Positions 1-9,062 are shown, numbered from the whole stretch's first letter. The stretch: 24,949 nucleotides of DNA, filler included, from an uncultured virus (IMG/VR IMGVR_UViG_2049941000_000127) (11 parts of one record of this genome joined end to end with filler, not necessarily neighbours in it), one strand, 5' to 3'. A program made the numbers and translations. The notes: a model not told the origin generated them from the letters alone.

Positions 1-114
1 TTCCTCAAAAGTCATCGCAAAATGATTCGGCTCGACGATATCTTCCACCAGAACGTCGTTCTGATCCGTCTTGTAACCGAGAATCTTTGTCCTGAACTCA
101 TCAGGAATGACAGC
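1..114 (-). CDS. major tail protein fragment, phi13 family (probably phage B)
   Basis: Manual minus-strand translation AVIPDEFRTKILGYKTDQNDVLVEDIVEPNHFAMTFEE resembles the phi13-family tail tube segment (IPD.FR..ILG...D.N.VL.E......FA..FE). Not in the ORF track. Confidence 0.65.
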
Positions 115-316
115 NNNNNNNNNNTACGGCATTCATATATTTTCACCGGATCCGCCCGCTGCTCATTCTTCAGCTTGATCTCCTGNNNNNNNNNNTTTTC
201 AAATTCGATAGGCTTTATATCATACTGATCTTCAAACGGATTGAACCCGGTTATTTCTCCCTTTCTTACGTCTGTCGCTATGATTTTGCGAAAGTTGTTT
301 GACCTTAAAGCTAATT

Positions 317-416
317 NNNNNNNNNNNNNNNNNNNNNNNNNNNNNNNNNNNNNNNNNNNNTTAATTAATTAANNNNNNNNNNNNNNNNNNNNNNNNNNNN
401 NNNNNNNNNNNNNNNN
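317..416. other. artificial scaffold-joining linker (N44-TTAATTAATTAA-N44); first of 10 copies
   Basis: The identical six-frame-stop 12-mer flanked by Ns occurs at 361, 1056, 2149, 4298, 14068, 14766, 18069, 20653, 21334 and 24420. Confidence 0.97.
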
Positions 417-601
417 AAACCGCTTTTCGTAGGGGTGTCACGTCTCGTTACTCCCTTGCAATGATCTATTATTGCTTTACGGGGATTGCTATACCCTAAT
501 GCTGACGCAACATCACTTGCCGCAAAATACGGTTTGCCATCAATCTCAATCGTCCTGATCTGTCCAAACTCTTCATTATTGAAAATCTGTAATTCGTTCA
601 T
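417..601 (-). CDS. phage antirepressor, Bro-N domain (3' truncated)
   Basis: MNELQIFNNEEFGQIRTIEIDGKPYFAASDVASALGYSNPRKAIIDHCKGV is a canonical Bro-N N-terminus. Its start overlaps the upstream stop (ATGA). Confidence 0.92.
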
Positions 602-870
602 GCCGTGATCTCCTTAATTCTTTCGCTTTCGTCTTTTGAAAGTTCATAGTCAAAAAAATAAATTCCAATTTCTTCAACCGGGATTTCAAGTACAGCACAC
701 CATTCTGCCACATCATCAATGGTAAATCGAACTGCTCCTGTAAGTTTTGCACTCACCACCTGAACTACTACTGTTTTCCCTTTATAAGTTGACAATGCAC
801 TTGCAAACCGTGAAAGTGTCGTAAACTTTTCAACTATGCGTCCTCTCAACTTATTGTATCTAAAAACCAT
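598..870 (-). CDS. Cro-like HTH regulator (DUF739-like)
   Basis: MVFRYNKLRGRIVEKF...F...L..........KL.G...FT.......L.IP.EEIG.YFF pattern typical of DUF739 Cro-like proteins; first gene after a strong promoter, with an AAAGGG RBS. Confidence 0.8.
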   Translation of the reverse strand: MVFRYNKLRGRIVEKFTTLSRFASALSTYKGKTVVVQVVSAKLTGAVRFTIDDVAEWCAVLEIPVEEIGIYFFDYELSKDESERIKEITA

Positions 871-915
871 TGTTTATGCCCTTTCATACAAAATGTTGTA
901 ACACTTACATTTAGC

Positions 916-944
916 ACTTTAGCAAAACTAAACTCATTTGTCAA
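916..944 (-). promoter_or_regulatory. sigma70/sigA-type early lytic promoter driving cro-antirepressor
   Basis: Minus strand TTGACA-17 nt-TAAAGT with an extended -10 TGn. Confidence 0.8.
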
Positions 945-975
945 TACCTTAAATTAAAATTTTCATATTCATGTA

Positions 976-1004
976 TTGAATGTTAACATAATATAGGATA
1001 TAGT
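976..1004 (+). promoter_or_regulatory. divergent promoter, probably for the missing cI-like repressor
   Basis: Plus strand TTGAAT-17 nt-TATAGT, back-to-back with the cro promoter. The palindrome ATGTTAACAT (980-989) lies mostly in the spacer. Confidence 0.6.
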
Positions 1005-1111
1005 GATTTTANNNNNNNNNNNNNNNNNNNNNNNNNNNNNNNNNNNNNNNNNNNNTTAATTAATTAANNNNNNNNNNNNNNNNNNNNNNNNNNNNNNNNN
1101 NNNNNNNNNNN

Positions 1112-1240
1112 TCCAACGTTCGGATTTACGTTCTGTTGCGTTGCTCCAACGTTCATCTGTGTTGGATATGCGTTATTTTGTGTTGGCATCTGTACCGGGT
1201 ACTGTGGATAACCCTGATACATAGGATAAGGTGTAATCAT
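1112..1240 (-). CDS. Gln/Pro/Asn/Tyr-rich hypothetical protein (N-terminus only)
   Basis: Manual translation MITPYPMYQGYPQYPVQMPTQNNAYPTQMNVGATQQNVNPNVG; the start overlaps the upstream stop (ATGA) and follows an AAGGAG RBS. Confidence 0.7.
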
Positions 1241-1650
1241 TGTATGTTCTCCTTTTCAAAGTAATATTGCGGGACTTCATCACCTGTATCGGTAGTATCA
1301 AAATACGTTCCATCTACAACGCCGATTGCATGTGTTCCCGTTCCTAAAACAAATCTTCCTATCGGATGATCTTTTACAAAATCTCTAACTGTATAACAAT
1401 CAGGGCATGTNNNNNNNNNNNNNNNNNNNNNNNNNNNNNNNNNNNNNNNNNNNNNNNNNNNNNNNNNNNNNNNNNNNNNNNNNNNNNNNNNNNNNNNNNN
1501 NNNNNGCATTTGTTTCATTGCAAAACCTTTATGCAAACAAAGATCAAGGTAGACATCATCCCAATCTTTATCCGTCACTACTCCGATTGCTCTAATAACG
1601 CAATCGCCTGTCAATTTCTTCTCCGGGTTAATATTCAACTCGCTATACAT
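1237..1650 (-). CDS. conserved phage protein, possible papain/C39-like cysteine peptidase fold
   Basis: GDCVIRAI motif, later H in GTHAIGVVDG and D in YFDTTD, the Cys-His-Asp order of papain-like enzymes. Internal N gap; GGAG RBS. Confidence 0.6.
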   Translation of the reverse strand: MYSELNINPEKKLTGDCVIRAIGVVTDKDWDDVYLDLCLHKGFAMKQMXXXXXXXXXXXXXXXXXXXXXXXXXXXXXXXXTCPDCYTVRDFVKDHPIGRFVLGTGTHAIGVVDGTYFDTTDTGDEVPQYYFEKENIQ

Positions 1651-1694
1651 TAGTCATACTCCGTTTGATAAAAACACTCGCCTGNNNNNNNNNN

Positions 1695-1731
1695 TAACTC
1701 TGTTTACAGCCGAATTACTGTACTCTTTCAT
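1695..1731 (-). CDS. N-terminus of a small protein, possibly a sigma-region-4-like HTH regulator
   Basis: MKEYSNSAVNRV, translationally coupled (ATGA) to the upstream ORF and cut by a gap. The family assignment rests on recollection of similar phage loci and is weak. Confidence 0.3.
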
Positions 1732-1850
1732 CGCTTCTTTGCTCCACGCCCTACATTCTTCACCATTCCTACACCCTTACAGTTCGGACACGGGTGCATC
1801 CCAACGTGCATCTTATTTACTCTCATTCTAGTTGTTACTCTCACACTCTG
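1728..1850 (-). CDS. small basic protein with a CxxCxGxG motif
   Basis: Manual translation QSVRVTTRMRVNKMHVGMHPCPNCKGVGMVKNVGRGAKKR*; overlaps the end of the upstream ORF. The start is in the gap or at an internal ATG. Confidence 0.55.
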   Translation of the reverse strand, partial: QSVRVTTRMRVNKMHVGMHPCPNCKGVGMVKNVGRGAKKR

Positions 1851-2043
1851 CNNNNNNNNNNTGCTGTGCTTCAATGGTTGTAGTGCTTACATCCGTAAAC
1901 TGACTTTCGTAATACAGCCATGCTCCGTTAGTTGCCAAAAGAACTATAAGTAAGACAAGACATAAAAAATGCGATCTTGTATTTGATCGCTCCATCCGTG
2001 CCATATCCTCTTCATGCACATAAACATCTATTGATCTTTCCAT
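1828..2043 (-). CDS. single-pass membrane protein, hypothetical
   Basis: HEEDMARMERSN followed by the hydrophobic segment FLCLVLLIVLLATNGAWLYY; AGGT RBS. Confidence 0.7.
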   Translation of the reverse strand: MERSIDVYVHEEDMARMERSNTRSHFLCLVLLIVLLATNGAWLYYESQFTDVSTTTIEAQXXXXAECESNN

Positions 2044-2204
2044 ACTTACCTACTTTCCGATGTGGTTTACTACAAAATTGTTAAATGAAGTATAAGCATT
2101 TTTTNNNNNNNNNNNNNNNNNNNNNNNNNNNNNNNNNNNNNNNNNNNNTTAATTAATTAANNNNNNNNNNNNNNNNNNNNNNNNNNNNNNNNNNNNNNNN
2201 NNNN

Positions 2205-3050
2205 ATTTAAGTTTGTTGAATTTCCATCTACCCAAAAACAAGGGAAATATCCCCAACCTTGCGTATCGTCAAGACCGCTAAATGAAACCTCGCCATTTGC
2301 CACTTGTGATGTTGCTGTCCATCCGTCAAGATCACTTGTGTTTGCTTTGCTATCCGTCAACTCTTTGTTTGTCATAGCATACGGAGCATAAGTATCATCG
2401 GGGTCTGATGCAAGACGGAGCATAGGATAAAACGTAAGATTGTTTACGGTCTGTCCGTTTGCTATGTAAATATGAACAACAAAACCGTAATCATTTTGTG
2501 GTATAGTTATTTGCAAACCATTACCCGAATCCATACCTATTTTTGTTCCCCAAGTATCAGAAGCACTTGATTTTTTTCCTATTCTGATCTGATATGTAAT
2601 ATCACCACCACCACTAGGACATCCCGACCATATATAAGACTCACCAATAATCAGATCAGTTACATTTAAGTTTAATGGAAAAGCGGTATTATTAGTTGCC
2701 GTACCATTAGCATTAACTGAACCGTCTGAATTAACAGTAAATGTGACACCGTTAATAGTCTGCGTACTTGCGGTATTAGGTAACAAATTCTTCGCCCCAA
2801 GCACACCGTTATCCGCATATGACATTTTCGCATCTAAAGCATTCTGCAAGTCTGTTTGGTTTGACAATGTTCCTGTGATGTTGCCCCATACCGCACTGTC
2901 GAGGTTTGCCGTACCTACCGACCTTGCCCCTGTTCCTTTGTAGAACACCTTTCCGTTTGCTACATCGGACTCCTGTGTATCGGTATCAGAAATGTCCATG
3001 ACGGTACTGTTCCCATATACCACTTTATTTACATAAGGATTGTTCGCCAT
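2205..3050 (-). CDS. tail fibre / receptor-binding-like protein (3' end displaced)
   Basis: AVWGNITGTLSNQTDLQNALDAK fibre motif, then a GAKNLL...NGVTFTVNSDGSV...YPMLRLASDPDDTYAPYAMTN beta-rich CBM-like module; AAGGAG RBS. Confidence 0.75.
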
Positions 3051-3069
3051 AATAACTCCTTTAATGCGT

Positions 3070-3096
3070 AAAAATAGAGTGACCTTGTGCCACCCT
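3070..3096 (-). terminator. possible intrinsic terminator between the two fibre-like genes
   Basis: Minus strand AGGGTGGC-ACAAG-GTCACTCT stem (two G-U pairs) followed by ATTTTT. Confidence 0.45.
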
Positions 3097-3128
3097 TAAC
3101 AAAAATATTTCAAAATGTCAAAACACCC

Positions 3129-3743
3129 TTACGGGTTAGGGTCGATTGCTCCAATAGTCACAGTGACCCCGCCCTGTTGATTATCTGTTTCCGTATAACT
3201 TATCGCATTAACCGTTACCTGTGAATAATAATCAACGGGTGTACTTTCGTCACCGGGTAAGTATGTTTTAGATGTGGTATAAGGTGTAACCGTCTTTGCA
3301 ACCGAAGTAGGTGTTGCTGATCCTTCGTAACTTCCCGTGACCCCTAATATTGTGATGTCTTTTTTTATGTTCTCGGCAATTATCTTCGATTTTTCTGACG
3401 AGTCGAGTTTAGCGACCCCGCTTCCGTCATGGTAGCCGTTCTGAATTGCAAGCTCATCGTTTATATCATCAATGGTAAGCGTAACCGCTCCCCTGTTCGG
3501 CATTGAACCTGTCAACTTGTTACCGTTGACATAGGCGGTCTTGTTCAAAAGTATCTCTGCCGCCGTAGCGTCTGCGTCTGACGTATCGGCATCAAAGGTA
3601 CAAGCACCTGTCTGCGGCGCACCTGAACGATCGTAAAACTTTTCACTCGCCAGCACCTTTGAAGGGTCTGCGGTAGTGTCGGAAATATCCATTACAGTTG
3701 TGTTACCAAATACCACTTTGTTTACATACGGATTGTTTGCCAT
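3129..3743 (-). CDS. tail fibre-associated structural protein
   Basis: True start MANNPYVNKV after AAGGAG. Contains TSDADATAAEILLNKTAYVNGNKLTG and GYHDGSG motifs common in Firmicutes siphophage fibre proteins. Confidence 0.78.
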   Translation of the reverse strand: MANNPYVNKVVFGNTTVMDISDTTADPSKVLASEKFYDRSGAPQTGACTFDADTSDADATAAEILLNKTAYVNGNKLTGSMPNRGAVTLTIDDINDELAIQNGYHDGSGVAKLDSSEKSKIIAENIKKDITILGVTGSYEGSATPTSVAKTVTPYTTSKTYLPGDESTPVDYYSQVTVNAISYTETDNQQGGVTVTIGAIDPNP

Positions 3744-3789
3744 TTTTATACTCCTTTCTATTCCCTCGGTTTCGGCTTTNNNNNNNNNN

Positions 3790-3888
3790 GCATTCAAATG
3801 TTCTCGGTGTTGTTGATATTAGTGGTAATTCATTTATCACAACGGTAGAAATATCTCCACTCCCATCACTTTTGCCATCAACCCACAT
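3790..3888 (-). CDS. small hypothetical protein (partial)
   Basis: MWVDGKSDGSGDISTVVINELPLISTTPRTFEC directly follows the upstream stop with a GAGG RBS; truncated by a gap. Confidence 0.5.
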
Positions 3889-3890
3889 AA

Positions 3891-4133
3891 TTATTCCTCA
3901 CTTTCGTTCGGTTCGGGTGTAAGCTCAAAATAACTGTCATACATAACTCTGTTGCCGTAAGAATCAATCAGCATAACCATAGACTCTGAAAATCCTGCAT
4001 TGCCGATAAGCCTTGCACATTCTGAATGAAAAAAAGCCTTTGCTTCGGATAAACTTGCTTTTGTACCCGAAACACGGCTCGCCCATTCTCCGCTTTCTTT
4101 AGATTTTGCTGTGAATACTATTGCGTAAATCAT
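3891..4133 (-). CDS. hypothetical protein, tail-fibre region
   Basis: 80-aa ORF with an AAGGGAG RBS, co-oriented within the operon. Confidence 0.7.
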   Translation of the reverse strand: MIYAIVFTAKSKESGEWASRVSGTKASLSEAKAFFHSECARLIGNAGFSESMVMLIDSYGNRVMYDSYFELTPEPNESEE

Positions 4134-4156
4134 CTTTTCTTCTCCCTTCGTTTACT

Positions 4157-4253
4157 TTATTTTTCAATTCTCAACTTACAACTTGCGCCATTATCGGCAT
4201 CTGTTTCGTATGTAACGCTCATGCTTGCTGTTCCTGCGCCCGTTATTGTTTTA
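4157..4253 (-). CDS. C-terminal fragment, probably the end of the fibre gene at 2205-3050
   Basis: Manual translation KTITGAGTASMSVTYETDADNGASCKLRIEK*; fits as a continuation of the truncated fibre if the scaffold is permuted. Confidence 0.45.
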
Positions 4254-4353
4254 NNNNNNNNNNNNNNNNNNNNNNNNNNNNNNNNNNNNNNNNNNNNTTA
4301 ATTAATTAANNNNNNNNNNNNNNNNNNNNNNNNNNNNNNNNNNNNNNNNNNNN

Positions 4354-4642
4354 CCTCTGAAATGCTCGAAGCATACGCAAGATCATTGTTTAATCTCATA
4401 CGCATTTGCAAAAGCATTGTTTTATCCGTAAGCGCAAGAGTATCTTCCTGCGACAAGAAAAGTTCTATCGTATGCTCTTCTGTGTCAATAGTCACATCTT
4501 CCCGGTCATAAGTCTGCTCTACTACCTTCACCCCTGCTTTGGTTTTGAAAGTGATCCAAACTTGCGCCACTTCGTTTAGATCAATCTGATTATTCTTGAT
4601 GTGAAAGGTTAGGGTGGGTGTAGTTCCCCGTATGATTGCCAT
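4354..4642 (-). CDS. BppU-like baseplate upper protein, N-terminal domain (partial)
   Basis: MAIIRGTTPTLTF...VWITF...LSQEDTLAL...QMR pattern; AAGGAG RBS; position after the Tal-like gene. Confidence 0.6.
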
Positions 4643-4671
4643 GATATTTGTTTGCTCCTTTCTAAATAATT

Positions 4672-4986
4672 CTAATTACAAGTCAAGTTTGCGGCTATTG
4701 TAAAGTCGTAGGTGTCACCACTTGAAAAAGATACGTTTGAAATTCTCCAATGGTTACCATAGGAATTATTACTAAATAAATAAAACTCTGNNNNNNNNNN
4801 TGTTCCGTAATATCTTAAAAGAATACCGTCCTTATCTCTTGATGCTTGCGACCCATTACCATTCGAAATTTGTACTTTTGAAGCATTACGAAAGTTCCAA
4901 GATTGATTAAGTGATAGGTTAGCATTTTCAAGAGGTGATATATTTGCCACACTAATATGGGCATTCGATAAATCTAATTGTGCCAT
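4672..4986 (-). CDS. small beta-rich tail-region protein, paralog 2
   Basis: AAGGGG RBS; shares N- and C-terminal motifs with 5000-5323. Confidence 0.75.
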   Translation of the reverse strand: MAQLDLSNAHISVANISPLENANLSLNQSWNFRNASKVQISNGNGSQASRDKDGILLRYYGTXXXXEFYLFSNNSYGNHWRISNVSFSSGDTYDFTIAANLTCN

Positions 4987-4999
4987 TTAACTACCCCTT

Positions 5000-5323
5000 T
5001 TAATTTCCCGAAAGCGAAACTTCTACTTCGAAACTATATATATCTCCCGATGAAAAAGATATATTTGATATTTTCCAATCTTTATCGGTTGTATTAACAA
5101 CACAAAAGTATGCTTCTGTTCCACTTGCGATGAATGTTCCAGCGTATACCCACGCTCTTTTGTCGGGTGTGTTTATAACCATTGTTCTGGACACATTTGA
5201 TGTTAATTGATTTCCTTCAGAATCATATAAGTTTTGAACCGAATCAAATCCCATGTTTTGATAATCCCATGTATGAGAATTATTCATTTCAATTATTGCG
5301 TTTGAAAAATCTACTTTAGCCAT
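5000..5323 (-). CDS. small beta-rich tail-region protein, paralog 1
   Basis: AAGGA RBS; begins MAKVDFSNA and ends WKISNISFSSGDIYSF...GN. Confidence 0.78.
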   Translation of the reverse strand: MAKVDFSNAIIEMNNSHTWDYQNMGFDSVQNLYDSEGNQLTSNVSRTMVINTPDKRAWVYAGTFIASGTEAYFCVVNTTDKDWKISNISFSSGDIYSFEVEVSLSGN

Positions 5324-5334
5324 TTAGATTCCTT

Positions 5335-5469
5335 CTAATCAACGTGATTACGAATAGTAACGGTTACACTTGCGCTCATTGTTGCCTGATGTTGCGATAA
5401 AATACGCACTCTAACATTTGCGGTTAAATCGGCTATTTTTGTCTTCCATAACATTTTCATAAAAGCCAT
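5335..5469 (-). CDS. 44-aa hypothetical protein (below the ORF-track cutoff)
   Basis: MAFMKMLWKTKIADLTANVRVRILSQHQATMSASVTVTIRNHVD* with an AGGGG RBS; fills the gap between neighbouring genes. Confidence 0.6.
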   Translation of the reverse strand: MAFMKMLWKTKIADLTANVRVRILSQHQATMSASVTVTIRNHVD

Positions 5470-5480
5470 AGCTTACCCCT

Positions 5481-7941
5481 TTATCCTTNNNNNNNNNNGA
5501 ATGTAACCGTAATTGAATTGCCCGTCCGTACCATATCTGTAATCTTTGGTGCTGATTGACCGCTTGCACACTTTATATGTGGCTCATATGATATGGAATC
5601 GTCACTGTCTAAATCGGGAAATATTGCTTGTGTCACTCCTACACCTAAAATGATTGCAACATAAGTTGTTCCACCCGATTGCCATGAGTGCCATTGACAA
5701 TTAGGTACTTCATGCGGTGTATAGTTGTGGTCATATCCCGTAACAATACCGTTTGTGAACTCTAATTCATGCGTATAGAATTGTGGGTCAACATATACGG
5801 GGTAGCCTTGTGTTCCGTCATAACCTTGATTTCCCGAAACATATATCGCACCACCGTTAAGATGTATTCCTTCGCCCGATAGCGTTATATTGCTTTCTAT
5901 AAATTCATGTTCGCCCGTGTGGTCATAGGCTGTTAATGAAATATCGCCATCTTCGGTTTCGATTTGTATGTTGCCCGTATCTTCTTCACTATCGGTAGAT
6001 AGGTGTATATAGGCTTTTGAGTTATCCGATATAATCTCAATATCGTTAAACTCGTCAATAAGGAATGTATCTCTTAAATCGGGTTCTTCTTGCGTGCCAT
6101 AGTTGATAGCGTCCATGCGAACCCTATCGCCATAAGCGTTATCATAGTAGTAGTCAATCTCACCGCTTGTAGTAAGGTGCATTTTGCTACCCGTTGTACT
6201 ACCGATGATGATACCCGTGTTATCCCCACGCACTTTTTCTACATTCGTTGCATTGAGGATTGAAAGAATACCGTTGCCGTTTCCGTAACCACCAAGCGTT
6301 AACGTACCACCTCTCGCCCAATCAAAGTTAATGCCGATTGCGTCAAGGACATTAACAACAAGTTCGCCCGTCTGCGTGTTATATCCGTTAACCCATGTAG
6401 TACCACCGTCACGGCTAACAAAGAATCCGCTACCCGACTTCTTGTAAACCGTAGAATTTGGCTGAAAACTGCAAATTCCCGTAACGGGGTCTTTCGTNNN
6501 NNNNNNNNNNNNNNNNNNNNNNNNNNNNNNNNNNNNNNNNNNNNNNNNNNNNNNNNNNNNNNNNNNNNNNNNNNNNNNNNNNNNNNNNNNNNNNNNNNNN
6601 NNNNNNNNNNNNNNNNNNNNNNNNNNNNNNNNNNNNNNNNNNNNNNNNNNNNNNNNNNNNNNNNNNNNNNNNNNNNNNNNNNNNNNNNNNNNNNNNNNNN
6701 NNNNNNNNNNNNNNNNNNNNNNNNNNNNNNNNNNNNNNNNNNNNNNNNNNNNNNNNNNNNNNNNNNNNNNNNNNNNNNNNNNNNNNNNNNNNNNNNNNNN
6801 NNNNNNNNNNNNNNNNNNNNNNNNNNNNNNNNNNNNNNNNNNNNNNNNNNNNNNNNNNNNNNNNNNNNNNNNNNNNNNNNNNNNNNNNNNNNNNNNNNNN
6901 NNNNNNNNNNNNNNNNNNNNNNNNNNNNNNNNNNNNNNNNNNNNNNNNNNNNNNNNNNNNNNNNNNNNNNNNNNNNNNNNNNNNNNNNNNNNNNNNNNNN
7001 NNNGCTTGCGGTTGTCATGTTGAATATCCGCAACGTGAAGTTTTGGAGATACCCGGTTTTCCATATCAGATTAAGTACAGATGATACGTTTGACGCATTG
7101 ACAAACGGATTTTCAAGCTCAAGTACATATCCATCTGTGCCAAGTTTGTACTCCGTATCGTCTATGACAAACTTAACGCCCGTGATTTCAATATCTTCCG
7201 TACCGAATGATGTTGAAGCGTTCCACTCGAATACGTTTGTTGTTGAAGCGGTTGCGTTTACGTCATACCACCTTATGACAAGATAACCACTCGGATCAAT
7301 AAGGCAGAAGTTACAACCTATCATCGCAAGATACTGTAATACCTCACGACAATTCATATCATCCTTGACATCGGGTGCTTCAGATATAGTAAAGTTGTAC
7401 CCGTTAAATGTCTGTGATGTTCCTGCCAGACTAACACCGCAATATGAACATATCGCTTGTATGATCGTTCTTATTGTAGTCGGATATGTGATATTGACAC
7501 TTGAAAACGGCACATCAAACTTCCACATATTATCGAGAAGTTCAAGGCTTATAAGACCGTTTGCTTTTGTCGGCNNNNNNNNNNNNNNNNNNNNNNNNNN
7601 NNNNNNNNNNNNNNNNNNNNNNNNNNNNNNNNNNNNNNNNNNNNNGTATCGCCCACTAACCCAAGCCATACAACCGCACTTGCATTAAAGAAGTCGTAGT
7701 TGTCAAAATCTCCGTCTATGTTGTTGATGGTAAACTTGCACTTGCCGATAACCGCACTTCCGATGTCAAACGTAGAAGTGCCGCTTGATGCTGTTTCAAT
7801 GGCAAATGAATCTTCCCATATATCAGCTTCGGTCAAATGCAGAACGGTGTTATCCGCAAGTGTAAGGTCTATCTTGATAACGTACTTTCTCGCCTGACCG
7901 CTTGCTAATATGTCTTTGAAACCTTGTGTTGTACTTTTCAT
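5481..7941 (-). CDS. large minor tail protein (Tal/baseplate hub-like), fragmented by gaps
   Basis: N-terminus MKSTTQGFK...FDIGSAVIGKCKFTINN, then YPTT...CSYCGV...NCREVLQYLAMIG, and later VSRDGGTTW...LDAIGINFDWARGGTLTLGG, as in siphophage minor structural/Tal proteins. Track ORFs 7549-7941, 6299-7669 and 5481-7064 are pieces of one gene. Confidence 0.8.
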
Positions 7942-7942
7942 G

Positions 7943-8141
7943 CTATCTCTCGATTATGTCAAATGCTATGCTCGAAAAGGTAAAATCCCCGTCATCGTTC
8001 CACCAATACGTTGCGCCTTTTCTATCGCCCGTGTAAAAGTTCTTTGTTGTCACCGCGTTTGTCTTTGCGTCATGGAATGTTACATCCACATATTCAGGAT
8101 CAAACGCCGTTAAGATAGTTGCCGCATTTGCATCCGATACA
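7943..8141 (-). CDS. distal tail protein-like (Dit-position) protein, C-terminal half
   Basis: VSDANAATILTAFDPEYVDVTFHD...FYTGDR...FDIIER*, ending just before the Tal-like start; pairs with 8897-9062. Confidence 0.7.
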
Positions 8142-8152
8142 CNNNNNNNNNN

Positions 8153-8337
8153 ATACCAAACTCTACCGCCCGTTCCTAAATCTTCGTATTCCTCGTAACC
8201 GCCCATTGCATTAACCGCAAGGCTATTCATCATTTGTACGGCTAAATCATAGTTTGATATAACCTCGTCTGCCGCCTGTCTTGCGACCTCTACCGCCGCC
8301 CTGACCTCTTTTGAATACCTCTTAACAAGCGTTCTTT
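8153..8337 (-). CDS. misplaced internal fragment of the Tal-like protein
   Basis: RTLVKRYSKEVRAAVEVARQ...LAVNAMGGYEEYEDLGTGGRVWY, a coiled-coil segment that fits the 6498-7003 gap of the Tal-like gene. Confidence 0.55.
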
Positions 8338-8532
8338 NNNNNNNNNNNNNNNNNNNNNNNNNNNNNNNNNNNNNNNNNNNNNNNNNNNNNNNNNNNNNNN
8401 NNNNNNNNNNNNNNNNNNNNNNNNNNNNNNNNNNNNNNNNNNNNNNNNNNNNNNNNNNNNNNNNNNNNNNNNNNNNNNNNNNNNNNNNNNNNNNNNNNNN
8501 NNNNNNNNNNNNNNNNNNNNNNNNNGCCATCC

Positions 8533-8675
8533 TCAATATGCCGGACTATACCGCCTGTTTTGTTTTTCCTGTGCTTTTGTTACCGTCCTTGCGATAACCT
8601 CTCCGTCAACAATGATCTCGTTCGATATGTACTTACTGCCGCCGTTATTACTCGATGCCGTTTCAGCATAAAAAA
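8533..8675 (-). CDS. tape measure protein C-terminus (misplaced)
   Basis: Manual translation FYAETASSNNGGSKYISNEIIVDGEVIARTVTKAQEKQNRRYSPAY*; VDGEVIAR is typical of tape-measure C-termini. Confidence 0.75.
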
Positions 8676-8896
8676 NNNNNNNNNNNNNNNNNNNNNNNNN
8701 NNNNNNNNNNNNNNNNNNNNNNNNNNNNNNNNNNNNNNNNNNNNNNNNNNNNNNNNNNNNNNNNNNNNNNNNNNNNNNNNNNNNNNNNNNNNNNNNNNNN
8801 NNNNNNNNNNNNNNNNNNNNNNNNNNNNNNNNNNNNNNNNNNNNNNNNNNNNNNNNNNNNNNNNNNNNNNNNNNNNNNNNNNNNNNNNNNNNNNNN

Positions 8897-9062
8897 ATTC
8901 AAGGCTTATCTTGACCTTCTGCGCTACACGGTTTTTATACATCAAAGCACTTTCGACACGCCCTGAATCTGCCGCCGATACATCCTGATAACTGATTTCA
9001 AACTTACTCGGACAAGGCATATCCACGTTATTTACTTTGAATGGGTATTTTGTTCTTGCCAT
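8897..9062 (-). CDS. distal tail protein-like (Dit-position) protein, N-terminal half
   Basis: MARTKYPFKVNNVDMPCPSKFEISYQDVSAADSGRVESALMYKNRVAQKVKISLE; GAGG RBS. Confidence 0.75.

Noticed and set aside
126..316. Two short minus-strand coding fragments next to the phi13-type tube fragment
   Set aside because: Probably tail-region genes, but too short to assign.
361..372. Recurring TTAATTAATTAA palindrome and ORFs ending in LIN
   Set aside because: Artificial concatenation linker embedded in Ns; not a biological repeat or CRISPR array.
4672..5323. Diversity-generating retroelement TR/VR pair
   Set aside because: No reverse transcriptase is visible, and the paralogs are far more divergent than an adenine-specific TR/VR pair.
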